Notes under the pieces: model-generated | The model's database searches: none | Told to the model about the DNA's origin: nothing | The model's input: the letters and a program-made list of their open reading frames with translations, nothing else | Part shown: positions 9,305 to 19,574 of the stretch, piece after piece | How the letters are laid out: the number at the start of each line of letters is the position of its first letter | Numbering within the stretch: the stretch's first letter is position 1 | Assembly: GCA_017437605.1 (NCBI GenBank) | Contig: JAFRYL010000145.1 | Coordinates: forward strand, 1 to 54,112 | DNA from: Ottowia sp. | Lineage (GTDB): Bacteria > Pseudomonadota > Gammaproteobacteria > Burkholderiales > Burkholderiaceae_C | DNA length: 54,112 nt | Reading direction: 5' to 3' | Made by a program: the position numbers and the translations under genes

Positions 9305-10030
9305 ATGCACACAACACGCAGAACCATCTTGAAAACCGCCGCCGCACTGGGCGCGGCCACATTGCTTTCCCGCGCGCTGGCGGCGAACCTCACGCCCACG
9401 CAGAAGCCGCTGAAAATCGGCGTCGTTGGCGCCGGTTCGCTCGGCGGCACCGTGGGGCGGCTGCTGGCGCAGGCGGGGCATGAAGTGATGTTTTCCGCGC
9501 GCGACGTGGAGCGGGTGCGCCGGCGCTTTTCCGGCGAGCGTGAACGCGCTGGCACGCCGCTGGAAGCCGCGCAGTTCGGCGAGGTGGTGCTGTTCGCGCT
9601 GCCGTATTCGGCGCTGCCCGAGATGGCGGAAAAACTCGCGCCCGCGCTGAAAGGAAAAATCGTGCTCGACGCCATGAACCCCTGGGGCGAGCCAGCGATG
9701 GAAGAGCGCGCGAAGCAGGAGGCGCAGGGCGTCATCGGCCTGCTGACCGCCAAGTTCCTGCCCGATGTGCGGCTGGTGCGCGTGTTCAGTTCCATTGACG
9801 CCACGCAGATTGCCGCCTCTGCGCGGCGCGATGGCGACAAGCTGGCGGTGCCCATCGCCAGCGACGACGCGCAGGCCGCAGCGCTCGCCGCCGAACTGGT
9901 GCGCGAAGTGGGCTGCGAGCCGGTGCCCGTGGGCGCCCTCATTGAATCGCGCCGCTACCAGCCGGGCAGCAATGCCTTCCGCGCGCACATTGGCGCCGAC
10001 GAGCTGCGCAAACGCATGGGTGTGCAATAG
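9305..10030 (+). CDS. F420-dependent NADP oxidoreductase-like protein with putative Tat signal
   Basis: TRRTILK leader; KIGVVGAGSLG Rossmann; GKIVLDAMNP. Confidence 0.8.
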   Translation: MHTTRRTILKTAAALGAATLLSRALAANLTPTQKPLKIGVVGAGSLGGTVGRLLAQAGHEVMFSARDVERVRRRFSGERERAGTPLEAAQFGEVVLFALPYSALPEMAEKLAPALKGKIVLDAMNPWGEPAMEERAKQEAQGVIGLLTAKFLPDVRLVRVFSSIDATQIAASARRDGDKLAVPIASDDAQAAALAAELVREVGCEPVPVGALIESRRYQPGSNAFRAHIGADELRKRMGVQ

Positions 10031-10060
10031 CGCGCGCTGGCAGGAGCACTGACGAAAGGG

Positions 10061-10093
10061 CCGCCGCTTCCGTAAAGGAGGCGGCGGTTTTTT
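10061..10093 (+). terminator. Intrinsic terminator
   Basis: CCGCCGCTTCC-GTAAA-GGAGGCGGCGG then T-tract. Confidence 0.75.
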
Positions 10094-10107
10094 ATCTTTT
10101 TTTGGCG

Positions 10108-10176
10108 ATACTGGCAGAAAAAACGTTTTGTCGCCGGCTTCATAAGCCGGTGATGCAGTGCATTATTGTTGGGTAT
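10108..10176. repeat. GCCGGC-core element E6 (long/long)
   Basis: ATACTG-N19-GCCGGC-TTCATAA-GCCGGT-N19-GGGTAT. Confidence 0.9.
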
Positions 10177-10190
10177 GTTTGGAATCAAGG

Positions 10191-10259
10191 ATACCAAGGC
10201 ACGTGAACACAGCTTGCCGGCAAGATAAGCCGGCAAGCTGGTGTTTGCGCTGGCAGTAT
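10191..10259. repeat. GCCGGC-core element E7 (long/long)
   Basis: ATACCA-N19-GCCGGC-AAGATAA-GCCGGC-N19-CAGTAT. Confidence 0.9.
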
Positions 10260-10273
10260 GTTGAAAAACGCCT

Positions 10274-11581
10274 TCACTTCGCACCGGCGGCGCGCAGCAT
10301 GTTGACGATGTTGGTGTGCCCCTTGGCCTGGGCGATGTCCTGGGCGGTGGAGCCGGCGAGCTTGCCTTTGCTGATGGTGGTGTTCAGGTTGGCGCCACGC
10401 TCAATGAGCAGGCGGACGGTGTCGGCGTGCCCCTTGCCGGCGGCAATCATCAGGGCGGTGACGCCGTTTTCTTCCTGCATGTTGATGCTGGCGCCTTTGT
10501 CCAGCAGCAGGCGGGCGGTGGTGGTGTGGCCGTTCTGCGCGGCGAGCATGAGGGGCGTCCAGCGGCGCTTTTCGGTGGCGTTGACGCTGGCGCCGCGCTC
10601 AATGAGCAGGCGGGCGGTGTCGGTGTGCCCCTTGTTGGCGGCGAACATGAGCGGCATCCAGCCTTTGACGTCGGCGGAGGTGAGGCTTGCGCCTTTGTCC
10701 AGCAGCAGGCGCACGGTGTCGGTGTGGCCGTTGGTGGCGGCGAAGATGAGCGGCGTCCAGCCGTCTTCGTCAGCGGCGTTGACTTTGGCACCTTTGCCAA
10801 GGAGCAGGCGGGAGGTGTCGGCGTGGCCGTTGCCGGCGGCAATGGTCAGGGCGGTGGCGCCGGTTTTGGTGGCGGCGCCGACTTTGGCGCCTTTTTCAAG
10901 GAGCAGGCGCACGGTGTCGGTGTAGCCGTTTTGTGCGGCAATCATCAGCGGCGTCCAGCGGTCTTCTTCGGTGACGCCGACTTTGGCGCCTTTGCTGATG
11001 AGCAGGCGGGCGATGTCGGTGTGGCCTTTCTGCGCGGCGAACATGAGGGGCGTCCAGCCGCGTTTGTCGGTGGCGCTCACGGAGGCGCCCTTGTCAAGGA
11101 GCTGGCGGGTGGCGTCGGCGTGACCGTGGCCGGCAGCAATCATCAGCGGGGTGATGTTGTTGACGGTGACGGCGTCGACTTTGGCGCCTTGGTCAAGGAG
11201 CAGGCGCACGGTGTCGGCGCTGCCGTCCTGCGCGGCGAGCATGAGGGCGGTCCAGCCCTTGTTTTCGGTGGCGTGGAGGTTCGCGCCCCGGTCAAGCAGG
11301 AAGCGCGCGGCGTCGGTGTTCCCCTTGGCGGCGGCGAACATGAGGGCGTTCCAGCCGTCGCTGTCGGCGGCGTTGATGGCGACGCCGCCTTCCAGCAGGC
11401 AGCGCAGGTTGTTGGTGTCGCCAGCGCGCGCGGAGTAGAGCAGCGGGAGGGGGGCTTTTTCGTCCGTTGTGGTGTTGCAGGGCGTGCCGGAGGCGTCACG
11501 CACGGCGCCGGTGGTGCCGCAGCCGGCAAGCAGGGCAGTGAGCAGCGCGGCGGCAAGAGTGGAGAGGGTGGTTTTTTTCAT
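10274..11581 (-). CDS. Ankyrin-repeat lipoprotein ANK1 (~12 repeats including caps)
   Basis: MKK..LLAGC lipobox; 33-aa GxTPLMxAAxxGHTDTVRLLLDKGA repeats; ends LRAAGAK. Confidence 0.92.
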   Translation of the reverse strand: MKKTTLSTLAAALLTALLAGCGTTGAVRDASGTPCNTTTDEKAPLPLLYSARAGDTNNLRCLLEGGVAINAADSDGWNALMFAAAKGNTDAARFLLDRGANLHATENKGWTALMLAAQDGSADTVRLLLDQGAKVDAVTVNNITPLMIAAGHGHADATRQLLDKGASVSATDKRGWTPLMFAAQKGHTDIARLLISKGAKVGVTEEDRWTPLMIAAQNGYTDTVRLLLEKGAKVGAATKTGATALTIAAGNGHADTSRLLLGKGAKVNAADEDGWTPLIFAATNGHTDTVRLLLDKGASLTSADVKGWMPLMFAANKGHTDTARLLIERGASVNATEKRRWTPLMLAAQNGHTTTARLLLDKGASINMQEENGVTALMIAAGKGHADTVRLLIERGANLNTTISKGKLAGSTAQDIAQAKGHTNIVNMLRAAGAK

Positions 11582-11606
11582 GCTTGTTTCCTTGGTTGAT
11601 AGAGTT

Positions 11607-11665
11607 GGGTATTGTGTGGTCGCCGGCTTGATAAGCCGGTAACCGTGCATTGATTGGCAAAGTAT
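11607..11665. repeat. GCCGGC-core element E8 (short/long)
   Basis: GGGTAT-N9-GCCGGC-TTGATAA-GCCGGT-N19-AAGTAT. Confidence 0.9.
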
Positions 11666-11679
11666 TGCCAAAAACGCCT

Positions 11680-12450
11680 TCACTTTGCGCCAGCGGCGCG
11701 CAGCATGTTGGCGACGGCGGTGTGACCGTTGGCGGTGGCAATCATCAACGCGGTGAGGCCCTGTTTGTTGGCGGCATCCACTTGGGCGCCCCGGTCAAGG
11801 AGCAGGCGGGCGGTGTCGCTGCGGCCTTCTTGCGCGGCGAGCATCAGCGCAGTCCAGCGCTCATCTGCGGAGGCGGCGTTGGGGTTGGCTCCTTTGTCCA
11901 GCAGCAGGCGGGCGGTGTCGGTGTGACCGCCGCCAGCGGCCATCATCAGCGCGGTGGCGCCATGCTGTTTGTTGTCGGCATTGGGGTTGGCGCCCCGCTC
12001 AAGGAGCAGGCGCGCAGTGCCGAACTGTCCCCTGGTGGCTGCGACCATGAGGGCTGAACCGCCTTTTTCGGTGCTGGCGTGAATGTTGGCGCCTCGGTCA
12101 AGGAGCAGGCGCGCGGTGTCGGTGTGGCCGTTGCCTGCGGCGGACATGAGGGCTGTCCATCCGTCTTTTTCAACGGCGTTGGGGTTGGCGCCTTTGTCAA
12201 GGAGTAGGCGCACGGTGTCGGTCTGCCCTTCGCTGGCCGCGAACATGAGGGCGGTCCAGCCGTCGTCATCCGGGGCGTCAATGGGAGAGCCGCTGTCCAG
12301 CAGGCAGCGCACGTTCCCCGCGTTGCCTTCGCGTGCGGAGTAGAGCAGCGGGGTGACGGCGCTTTCATCTGTCGTGGTGTTGCACGGCGCAGCGTGCGCG
12401 GCGGCGCAGACAAAGAGCGCGAGGGCGGCGGTGAAAAGCTGTTTTTTCAT
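11680..12450 (-). CDS. Secreted ankyrin-repeat protein ANK2 (~7 repeats)
   Basis: Signal peptide ending AHA; ankyrin repeats; ends LRAAGAK. Confidence 0.92.
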   Translation of the reverse strand: MKKQLFTAALALFVCAAAHAAPCNTTTDESAVTPLLYSAREGNAGNVRCLLDSGSPIDAPDDDGWTALMFAASEGQTDTVRLLLDKGANPNAVEKDGWTALMSAAGNGHTDTARLLLDRGANIHASTEKGGSALMVAATRGQFGTARLLLERGANPNADNKQHGATALMMAAGGGHTDTARLLLDKGANPNAASADERWTALMLAAQEGRSDTARLLLDRGAQVDAANKQGLTALMIATANGHTAVANMLRAAGAK

Positions 12451-12461
12451 GGTGTTTTAGG

Positions 12462-12520
12462 CAGTACTGCAGTATCACCGGCAAGTTACGCCGGCGATGC
12501 AGTGTTAATGTTCAGGGTAT
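12462..12520. repeat. GCCGGC-core element E9 (short/long)
   Basis: CAGTAC-N9-ACCGGC-AAGTTAC-GCCGGC-N19-GGGTAT. Confidence 0.8.
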
Positions 12521-12525
12521 GCGGT

Positions 12526-13440
12526 TTATTCTTCCGCCGCCGCCGGTTCGGTGACGCACTCAATGGGCGAGGGGACGGCGTCGGGCGGCTGGCGCAGGAG
12601 CATGGAGAGGAGCGAGGCGACGCGGTCGCGCAGCACGCGGCGGTCGCAGATGAAGTCCACGGCGCCTTTGCACTGCAAAAACTCGGCGCGCTGGAAGCCT
12701 TCGGGCAGTTTCACGCGCACGGTGTTTTCAATCACGCGCGGGCCAGCAAAGCCAATCAGCGCGCCGGGTTCGGCCATGACGATGTCACCGACGAAGGCAA
12801 AACCGGCGGAGACGCCGCCCATCGTGGGGTCGGTGAGCACGCTGATGTAGGGCAGGCCGTGTTCGGCAAGGCGGGTGAGGGCGGCGTTGGTTTTCGCCAT
12901 CTGCATGAGGCTGAACAGCCCCTCCTGCATGCGCGCGCCGCCGGTGGCGGTGAAGCAGACGAAGGGGATTTTGTGCTCGATGGCGCAGGCGACGCCGCGC
13001 GCAAAGCGCTCGCCCACGACGCTGCCCATGCTGCCGCCCATGAAGTCAAACTCAAACGCGGCGGCCACAAGCGGCAGCCCGTGCACGGCGCCGCGCATGA
13101 CGACGATGGCGTCGCGCTCGCCGGTGGCGTCCTGCGCTTCTTTCAGGCGCGCGGGGTAGTCGCGGCTGTCGGTGAATTGCAGCACGTCCTGCGGGGCAAC
13201 GCCCGAGCCGATTTCTTCGCGCCCTTCGGCGTCCAGAAAGGTGTTGAGGCGCGCACGCGCGCGGATGCGGTGGTGGTGCCCGCATTTGGGACAGACGTTC
13301 TGGTTGCGCTCGAGGTCGGTGTTGTAGAGCACGGTGTCGCACGCGGGGCATTTGACCCAGAGGCCCTCGGGCATCTGGTGGCGCGCGGCGGCGGCGTTGG
13401 GCCGTATGCGGGGCGGCAGGACTTTTTCAAGCCAGCTCAT
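12526..13440 (-). CDS. accD: Acetyl-CoA carboxylase carboxyltransferase beta subunit
   Basis: [16 protein letters not shown] Zn finger; [12 protein letters not shown]; GGARMQEG. Confidence 0.96.
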   Translation of the reverse strand: MSWLEKVLPPRIRPNAAAARHQMPEGLWVKCPACDTVLYNTDLERNQNVCPKCGHHHRIRARARLNTFLDAEGREEIGSGVAPQDVLQFTDSRDYPARLKEAQDATGERDAIVVMRGAVHGLPLVAAAFEFDFMGGSMGSVVGERFARGVACAIEHKIPFVCFTATGGARMQEGLFSLMQMAKTNAALTRLAEHGLPYISVLTDPTMGGVSAGFAFVGDIVMAEPGALIGFAGPRVIENTVRVKLPEGFQRAEFLQCKGAVDFICDRRVLRDRVASLLSMLLRQPPDAVPSPIECVTEPAAAEE

Positions 13441-13551
13441 AAGTCTTGTTCTTCCATGAAAGATGCGGGCGCATGGCTGCCGAAAAGCAGCGCGTGCGCC
13501 CGCAGTGTAGCAAGCGGTTTTCCTGAAGACATTCCCTCGCCCCCGCCCATC

Positions 13552-13621
13552 GTAGGGGCGCAATTCATTGCGCCCTGTGCGTATCCTGCACACGGACGGG
13601 CGCGATAAATCGCGCCCCTAC
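13552..13621. repeat. Inverted pair of GTAG-type REP sequences (REPIN-like)
   Basis: GTAGGGGCGCAATTCATTGCGCCC (13552-13575) and reverse-strand GTAGGGGCGCGATTTATCGCGCCC (13598-13621). Confidence 0.8.
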
Positions 13622-13660
13622 GTGCGGCGCTCACGCGCCCGCGAGGGAGAGGGAATGGAT

Positions 13661-14470
13661 TTACGAATCCAGCGCCGCGCGCACTTCGCGCAGGAACTCC
13701 ACGGCGGCGTCCATCGGGCGCTGCGGGTTTTGCTCCATCGCGTCAATCAGGCGCGTGCCGAGCACGACGGCGTCCGCCCCGGCGTTTTTCGCAATGGCGC
13801 GCGCGGTGGCGGCGTCGCGGATGCCAAAGCCCACCGCGAGCGGCAGGCTGATGCGCTGGCGTATGCGCGCGAGCATCTGCTGCACTTCGCTCACGTCCAG
13901 CCCGTCGCTGCCGGTGACGCCCTTGAGCGAGATGTAGTAGACGAAGCCGCCCGCAAGCTGCGCCACTTGCTCCATGCGCTCCTCGGTGCTGGTGGGGGCG
14001 AGGAGGAAGATTTGCTGCAGCCCGGCGGCTTTCAGGCGCGCGGAGAAGGCTTCGCACTCGTCAGGCGGGTAGTCCACGATGAGCACGGCGTCCACGCCAG
14101 CCGCCGCTGCGTCCTTGGCGAAGTCGCCGCCCGCGTGCTCGTAACGCTCGATGGGGTTGGCGTAGCCCATGAGCACGACGGGGGTGGTGGCGTCCTTGTC
14201 GCGGAAGGCGCGCATGTGCGCGAGCACCTGCTGCAGGTTCACGCCGCGCGCCACGGCGTCGCGCCCGGCGCGCTGGATGACGGGGCCGTCCGCCGCCGGG
14301 TCGGAGAAGGGGAAGCCAAGCTCAATGGCGTTCGCTCCGGCGGCCACCAGCGCGTGCATGATGTCGGGCGTGGGCAGCGATTCCGGGTAGCCCCCCATGA
14401 TGTAGGGAATGAGGGCGCAGCGCCCCTGCGCGCGCAGCGCGGCAAACATTTCGTCCATGCGGCTCATCAT
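13661..14470 (-). CDS. trpA: Tryptophan synthase alpha subunit
   Basis: [36 protein letters not shown]. Confidence 0.96.
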   Translation of the reverse strand: MMSRMDEMFAALRAQGRCALIPYIMGGYPESLPTPDIMHALVAAGANAIELGFPFSDPAADGPVIQRAGRDAVARGVNLQQVLAHMRAFRDKDATTPVVLMGYANPIERYEHAGGDFAKDAAAAGVDAVLIVDYPPDECEAFSARLKAAGLQQIFLLAPTSTEERMEQVAQLAGGFVYYISLKGVTGSDGLDVSEVQQMLARIRQRISLPLAVGFGIRDAATARAIAKNAGADAVVLGTRLIDAMEQNPQRPMDAAVEFLREVRAALDS

Positions 14471-15678
14471 TGCACCTCCTTTTTGACAGCGGCGTCATAT
14501 TCGGCGACAGAATTCACGTCCTTGTCGCCGCGACCGGAAAGATTGACCAGAATAATCTGGTCCTTGCGCATTTTTGGCGCAATTTTCAGCGCGTGCGCGA
14601 AGGCGTGGCTTGATTCAAGCGCTGGAATAATCCCCTCCACGCGGCAGAGGTGGTGGAATGCAGCGACAGCTTCCGCGTCCGTGGCGCCGACATATTCGGC
14701 GCGTTTTGTGTCTTTGAGCCAGGCGTGTTCCGGGCCGATGCCGGGATAATCCAGCCCCGCGCTCACCGAGTGCGTATCCATGATTTGCCCGTTTTCGTCC
14801 TGCAAAACATAGGTGCGGTTGCCGTGCAGCACGCCGGGCACGCCGCGCTGCAGCGTGGCGGCGTGTTTGCCGGTATCCAGCCCGCTGCCGTCGGCTTCCA
14901 CGCCTATCAGTTTCACGTTTTCATCGGGTACATAGGCGCTGAAAATGCCCATCGCGTTGCTGCCGCCGCCCACGCAGGCAATCACCACATCGGGCTGGCG
15001 GCCAGCGAGTTCGGGCATTTGTGTGAGGCACTCCTTGCCAATCACGCTCTGGAACTCGCGCACCATGAGCGGATAGGGATGGGGGCCAGCGACGGTGCCG
15101 ATGATGTAGAAGGTGTGGTCAATGTGCGCCACCCAGTCGCGCATGGCCTCATTGAGCGCGTCTTTGAGCGTCTTGCCGCCCACTTCAATGGCGTTGACCT
15201 TGGCGCCGAGCAGCCGCATGCGATACACATTGGGCATTTGCCGGCGCACGTCTTCGGCGCCCATGAAAATCTCGCATTCCAGCCCGTAGCGCGCGCAAAT
15301 CGTGGCGGTGGCCACGCCGTGCTGACCGGCGCCGGTTTCGGCAATTACGCGTGTTTTGCCCATGCGTTTGGCGAGCATGGCCTGGCCAATCACGTTGTTG
15401 ATTTTGTGCGCGCCGGTGTGGTTCAAATCCTCGCGTTTGAGGTAAATCTGCGCGCCGCCCAGCTCGCGGCTGGTGCGCTCGGCGTGGTAAATGGGCGAGG
15501 GGCGCCCGACGTAGTATTTCAGCTCGCGCTGGAATTCGGCGATGAATTCAGGGTCTTGGCGGTATTTTTCATACGCTTCCCTGAGTTCGTTGATGGCGAA
15601 CGCAAGCGGCTCGCCGATGAAACTGCCGCCGTACTGGCCAAAATGGCCGCTGGCGTCAGGCATGTTGTAGTCAGACAT
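14467..15678 (-). CDS. trpB: Tryptophan synthase beta subunit
   Basis: [42 protein letters not shown]. Confidence 0.97.
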   Translation of the reverse strand: MSDYNMPDASGHFGQYGGSFIGEPLAFAINELREAYEKYRQDPEFIAEFQRELKYYVGRPSPIYHAERTSRELGGAQIYLKREDLNHTGAHKINNVIGQAMLAKRMGKTRVIAETGAGQHGVATATICARYGLECEIFMGAEDVRRQMPNVYRMRLLGAKVNAIEVGGKTLKDALNEAMRDWVAHIDHTFYIIGTVAGPHPYPLMVREFQSVIGKECLTQMPELAGRQPDVVIACVGGGSNAMGIFSAYVPDENVKLIGVEADGSGLDTGKHAATLQRGVPGVLHGNRTYVLQDENGQIMDTHSVSAGLDYPGIGPEHAWLKDTKRAEYVGATDAEAVAAFHHLCRVEGIIPALESSHAFAHALKIAPKMRKDQIILVNLSGRGDKDVNSVAEYDAAVKKEVQ

Positions 15679-15791
15679 GGTGTTGTGCTTTCAAAAAAAT
15701 CCGGTTGCAATGCGGCAGGCGCAATGGCGCCGCCGAAAGGGAAAAAAGTGAAGGGGAGCGCGCGGGTGCGGCGCAGTGCCGGCGGGCAGTT

Positions 15792-16475
15792 TCAGGCTGC
15801 AGCGTCCGCCGCACGCACGGCGGCGATGAAGCGGCGGATTTTTTCAGCGTCCTTGATGCCCTTGACCGGCTTGCCGTCAGCGCCAGTGGCTTCAACGCCA
15901 GTGGACACGTCAACGGCAAGCGACAGCGGCGCGCGCGCGCGCAGCGCAGCGATGCCATCGGCCACGTTTGCAGGTGTCAACCCACCAGACAAAACGAGGT
16001 GAACGGCGGCGTTTGGTGGCAGGAGTGACCAATTGAATGTCCTTCCGCTGCCGCCGTAGCCTGGGGATGGGGCGTCCAGCAGCAGCGCCTGGGCTGAGGG
16101 ATGAGAAGCCGCGAAGTGTAGCAAGCTGTCCGGCGCGGCGCCAGCCTCAATGTGCACAGCGCGCCAATACTGCCGCCCGCACGCGGCGGCAAGCTGCGCG
16201 CATTCTTCGGGCGATTCGTCGCCGTGAAACTGCAGCAGCGCGCCCGGCACGGCGGCGCAGGCAGCGCGCACGCGCTCCGCTGGCTCGTTGACGCAAAGCA
16301 ACACCGGCTGCACCAGCGGTGGCAACAGGCGCGCAAGCGCGGCGGCGCGCTCAATGCTCACGCAGCGCGGACTGCGCGCATAGAGCACAAAGCCGACGGC
16401 GTCCGCGCCAGCTTCTGCGGCGGCCAGCACATCCTGCTCGCGTGTGAGGCCGCAAATCTTGATTCGGGTGCGCAT
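15792..16475 (-). CDS. trpF: Phosphoribosylanthranilate isomerase
   Basis: TRIKICGLT, ADAVGFV, LQFHGDE, GGSGRTF, LSGGL, DVSTGVE. Confidence 0.95.
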   Translation of the reverse strand: MRTRIKICGLTREQDVLAAAEAGADAVGFVLYARSPRCVSIERAAALARLLPPLVQPVLLCVNEPAERVRAACAAVPGALLQFHGDESPEECAQLAAACGRQYWRAVHIEAGAAPDSLLHFAASHPSAQALLLDAPSPGYGGSGRTFNWSLLPPNAAVHLVLSGGLTPANVADGIAALRARAPLSLAVDVSTGVEATGADGKPVKGIKDAEKIRRFIAAVRAADAAA

Positions 16476-16484
16476 GATTTCTAA

Positions 16485-16543
16485 GGGTATCTATGTGTCG
16501 CCGGCACAAGTCGCCGGCAATGATGTGTTTGAACAATGAGTAT
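16485..16543. repeat. GCCGGC-core element E10 (short/long)
   Basis: GGGTAT-N9-GCCGGC-ACAAGTC-GCCGGC-N19-GAGTAT; fills almost the whole truA-trpF gap. Confidence 0.9.
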
Positions 16544-16546
16544 CCA

Positions 16547-17344
16547 TCAAAAAACGCCCGGCGCAGGCAACCAGTCAAAGGCGGGCGTGCGCTCGGGCAT
16601 GCCCCATTCGGGCGCGTAGCGGGGGCCGAGGAAATACAGCCCGTCCGCCGAAAAGGTGGACCACGCCGCGCTGCGGCGGCGCGCGGCGAGCACTTCGCCC
16701 ATCCACTGCGGCGGCTTCAAACCTTGCCCCACGGCCACGAGGCAGCCCATGATGTTGCGAATCATGTGGTGCAAAAACGCATTACCCTCAAAGTCAAAAC
16801 GCCAGTACGCGCCGCATTGCGAAATGTCCAGCCGCAGCAGTGTTTTCACGGGTGAGGGCGCCTGACAGCCCGCCGCGCGAAACGAGGAAAAATCGTGCTC
16901 GCCCAGCAAGAGCTGCGCCGCCTCGCGCATTGCCGCGCCATCCAGCGGGCGAAAGCTCCATCCCGCGCGCCGCGCCTCCAGCGCCCCGCGCACGCGCGAC
17001 TGCAGCAACAGATAGCTGTAGCGGCGCGAAAGCGCGCACGAGCGCGCATGAAAGCCGTCTGGCGCCACGCGCGCCCACTGCACCGCCACATCGGGCGGCA
17101 GAAAGGCATTCACCCCGCGCACCCAAGAAAACTCCTCGCGCTGCACGCTGCTGTCAAAGTGCACCACCTGCCCGAGCGCATGCACGCCCGTATCCGTGCG
17201 CCCGGCGCAGAGCGTGCGCACGCGCTCACCGGCAAAGCGCGCCAGCGCCGCCTCCAGCACGTCCTGCACGGTGCGCCCCTCGGGTTGGCTCTGCCAGCCG
17301 AGGTAGTTGCTGCCCGCATAGTTGAGACCCAAAGCAATCCGCAT
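16547..17344 (-). CDS. truA: tRNA pseudouridine(38-40) synthase
   Basis: [29 protein letters not shown]. Confidence 0.96.
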   Translation of the reverse strand: MRIALGLNYAGSNYLGWQSQPEGRTVQDVLEAALARFAGERVRTLCAGRTDTGVHALGQVVHFDSSVQREEFSWVRGVNAFLPPDVAVQWARVAPDGFHARSCALSRRYSYLLLQSRVRGALEARRAGWSFRPLDGAAMREAAQLLLGEHDFSSFRAAGCQAPSPVKTLLRLDISQCGAYWRFDFEGNAFLHHMIRNIMGCLVAVGQGLKPPQWMGEVLAARRRSAAWSTFSADGLYFLGPRYAPEWGMPERTPAFDWLPAPGVF

Positions 17345-17400
17345 GGGGCGGCATTGTCCGGCATGCGCTGCGGCGCGTTTCGTCGTACCCTCGCGCCCCT

Positions 17401-19494
17401 ATGCCACGCAAGCCAGCCACCCCACCCGCACCAGAAGCCGCCCCGAGCACAGAAGGGCGCTTCGTCACCTTTCCCGACTCGCCCTACCAGCTCTGGCAGC
17501 CGTACCCGCCTGCCGGCGACCAGCCGCAGGCCATTGCCGAACTGGTGGAGGGCGTGCAAAGCGGCGAGGCGTTTCAAATCCTGCTTGGCGTCACCGGCTC
17601 GGGCAAAACCTTCACCATGGCCAACGTGATTGCGCGCCTCGGGCGCCCGGCCATCATCTTTGCACCCAACAAAACGCTGGCGGCGCAGCTCTACAGCGAG
17701 CTGCGCGAGTTTTTCCCGAAAAATGCCGTGGAATACTTCGTCAGCTACTACGACTATTACCAGCCCGAAGCCTACGTGCCGCAGCGCGATTTGTTCATAG
17801 AAAAAGACAGCGCCATCAACGACCAGATTGAGCAAATGCGGCTTTCCGCCACAAAAAGCGTGCTCGAGCGCCGCGATGTGGTGATAGTTGCCACCGTTTC
17901 CGCCATTTATGGCATCGGCGCGCCCGATGATTATCTGCAAATGCGCATGATACTGCGCGTGGGCGGCAAGCAGGGGCAGCGCGACGCCATCGCGCAGCTC
18001 GTCCACATGCAGTACAAGCGCAACGACATGGAGCTTGCGCGCGGCATGTTCCGCGTGCGCGGCGACACCATCGACGTGTTTCCCTCGGAGCACAGCGAAC
18101 TGGCCGTGCGCATTGAGCTTTTTGATGACGAGGTGGAAAGCCTTTCGCTTTTTGACCCGCTCACCGGCAAAATCGTGCAAAGCGTGCCGCGCTTTGTCAT
18201 TTACCCGAGCAGTCATTATGTGACGCCGCGCGCCAAAGTGCTCGCCGCCGTGGAAACCATCAAGGAAGAACTCGCCGAGCGCCTGGAATACTTCACGCGC
18301 GAGGGCAAACTGCTGGAAGCGCAGCGCCTCGCGCAGCGCACGCGCTTTGATTTGGAAATGCTCACGGAACTGGGGCACTGCAAAGGCATTGAAAACTACT
18401 CACGCCATCTGTCTGGCACGCGCCCCGGCGAGCCGCCGCCCACACTCACCGATTATCTGCCGCGCGACGCCCTCATGTTTCTGGACGAAAGCCACCAGAT
18501 GATAGGGCAGCTCAACGGCATGTACAACGGCGACCACGCGCGCAAAAACACGCTCGTGGAATATGGCTTCCGCCTACCCAGCGCGCTGGACAACCGCCCG
18601 CTCAAGTTTGCCGAGTTTGAACAGCGCATGCGGCAGGTGATTTTCATGAGCGCCACGCCCGCCGATTATGAAAAACAGCACGCCGGGCAAATTGTGGAGC
18701 AGGTCGTGCGCCCCACCGGGCTGGTGGACCCGGCCGTGGAAGTGCGCCCTGCCACGCATCAGGTGGACGACGTGCTGCAGGAAATCCGCACGCGCGCGCA
18801 GCAGGGCGAGCGCGTGCTGATTACCACGCTCACCAAACGCATGGCGGAGCAACTCACGCAATATCTTGATGAAAATGGCGTGCGCGTGCGCTACCTGCAC
18901 AGCGATATAGATACTGTGGAGCGCGTGGAAATCATCCGCGACCTGCGCCTTGGCGCTTTTGACGTGCTCGTCGGCATCAATTTATTGCGCGAAGGACTGG
19001 ATATTCCAGAGGTTTCACTCGTCGCCATTCTTGACGCCGACAAGGAAGGTTTTCTGCGCGCCGAGCGCAGCCTGATTCAAACCATAGGGCGCGCGGCGCG
19101 CAACGTGCACGGCACGGCGATTTTGTACGCCGACCACATGACGGATTCCATGCGCCGCGCCATTGACGAAACCGAGCGCCGCCGCGCCAAGCAACTGGCC
19201 TACAACAAGGCGCACGGCATCACCCCGCGCGGCATCGTCAAGGAAGTGCGCGACCTCATTGACGGCGTGTATTCCGACAAAAGCGCCACCACCACCCGCC
19301 CCGCGCGCACTGCCCTGCGCGGCGAAGTGCAGGACATGGACGAAAAGGCGCTGGCGCAGGAAATCCGCCGGCTGGAAAAAGAAATGATGGACTGCGCGCG
19401 CAACCTTGAATTTGAGCGCGCCGCCGCCGCGCGCGACGCCCTTGCCGCCCTCAAGCAGCGCGTGCTGGGTGCGTCCGGTAAAGAGAAAAGCTAG
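17401..19494 (+). CDS. uvrB: Excinuclease ABC subunit B
   Basis: [41 protein letters not shown]-terminal UVR coil. Confidence 0.97.
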   Translation: MPRKPATPPAPEAAPSTEGRFVTFPDSPYQLWQPYPPAGDQPQAIAELVEGVQSGEAFQILLGVTGSGKTFTMANVIARLGRPAIIFAPNKTLAAQLYSELREFFPKNAVEYFVSYYDYYQPEAYVPQRDLFIEKDSAINDQIEQMRLSATKSVLERRDVVIVATVSAIYGIGAPDDYLQMRMILRVGGKQGQRDAIAQLVHMQYKRNDMELARGMFRVRGDTIDVFPSEHSELAVRIELFDDEVESLSLFDPLTGKIVQSVPRFVIYPSSHYVTPRAKVLAAVETIKEELAERLEYFTREGKLLEAQRLAQRTRFDLEMLTELGHCKGIENYSRHLSGTRPGEPPPTLTDYLPRDALMFLDESHQMIGQLNGMYNGDHARKNTLVEYGFRLPSALDNRPLKFAEFEQRMRQVIFMSATPADYEKQHAGQIVEQVVRPTGLVDPAVEVRPATHQVDDVLQEIRTRAQQGERVLITTLTKRMAEQLTQYLDENGVRVRYLHSDIDTVERVEIIRDLRLGAFDVLVGINLLREGLDIPEVSLVAILDADKEGFLRAERSLIQTIGRAARNVHGTAILYADHMTDSMRRAIDETERRRAKQLAYNKAHGITPRGIVKEVRDLIDGVYSDKSATTTRPARTALRGEVQDMDEKALAQEIRRLEKEMMDCARNLEFERAAAARDALAALKQRVLGASGKEKS

Positions 19495-19552
19495 GGTATA
19501 ACATCGTTGCCGGCTTGATAAGCCGGCAATAACATGTAACTACTTATAGTAT
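19494..19552. repeat. GCCGGC-core element E11 (short/long)
   Basis: GGGTAT-N9-GCCGGC-TTGATAA-GCCGGC-N19-TAGTAT; starts on the last base of the uvrB TAG. Confidence 0.9.
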
Positions 19553-19574
19553 TGTGCGGCGGGAGCGATGGGAG

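Noticed and set aside
10108-10259. Elements as simple rho-independent terminators
   Set aside because: No U-tract after the stem, separate canonical terminators lie beside several copies (10061, 34252, 38708, 49789), and termination does not explain the GTAT spacing
11607-11665. Integron attC ('59-base element') identity
   Set aside because: The 59-bp length matches only by coincidence: no RYYYAAC/GTTRRRY ends, arms not complementary along their length, no intI
11582-11683. Long N-terminal extensions of ANK1, ANK5, ANK6, ANK7, lysC and accD in the ORF track
   Set aside because: They read through intergenic DNA and repeats. Downstream ATGs give proper signal peptides or family N-termini
10274-12450. 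Diversity-generating retroelement behind ankyrin variation
   Set aside because: No reverse transcriptase and no template/variable repeat pair with adenine-specific differences seen
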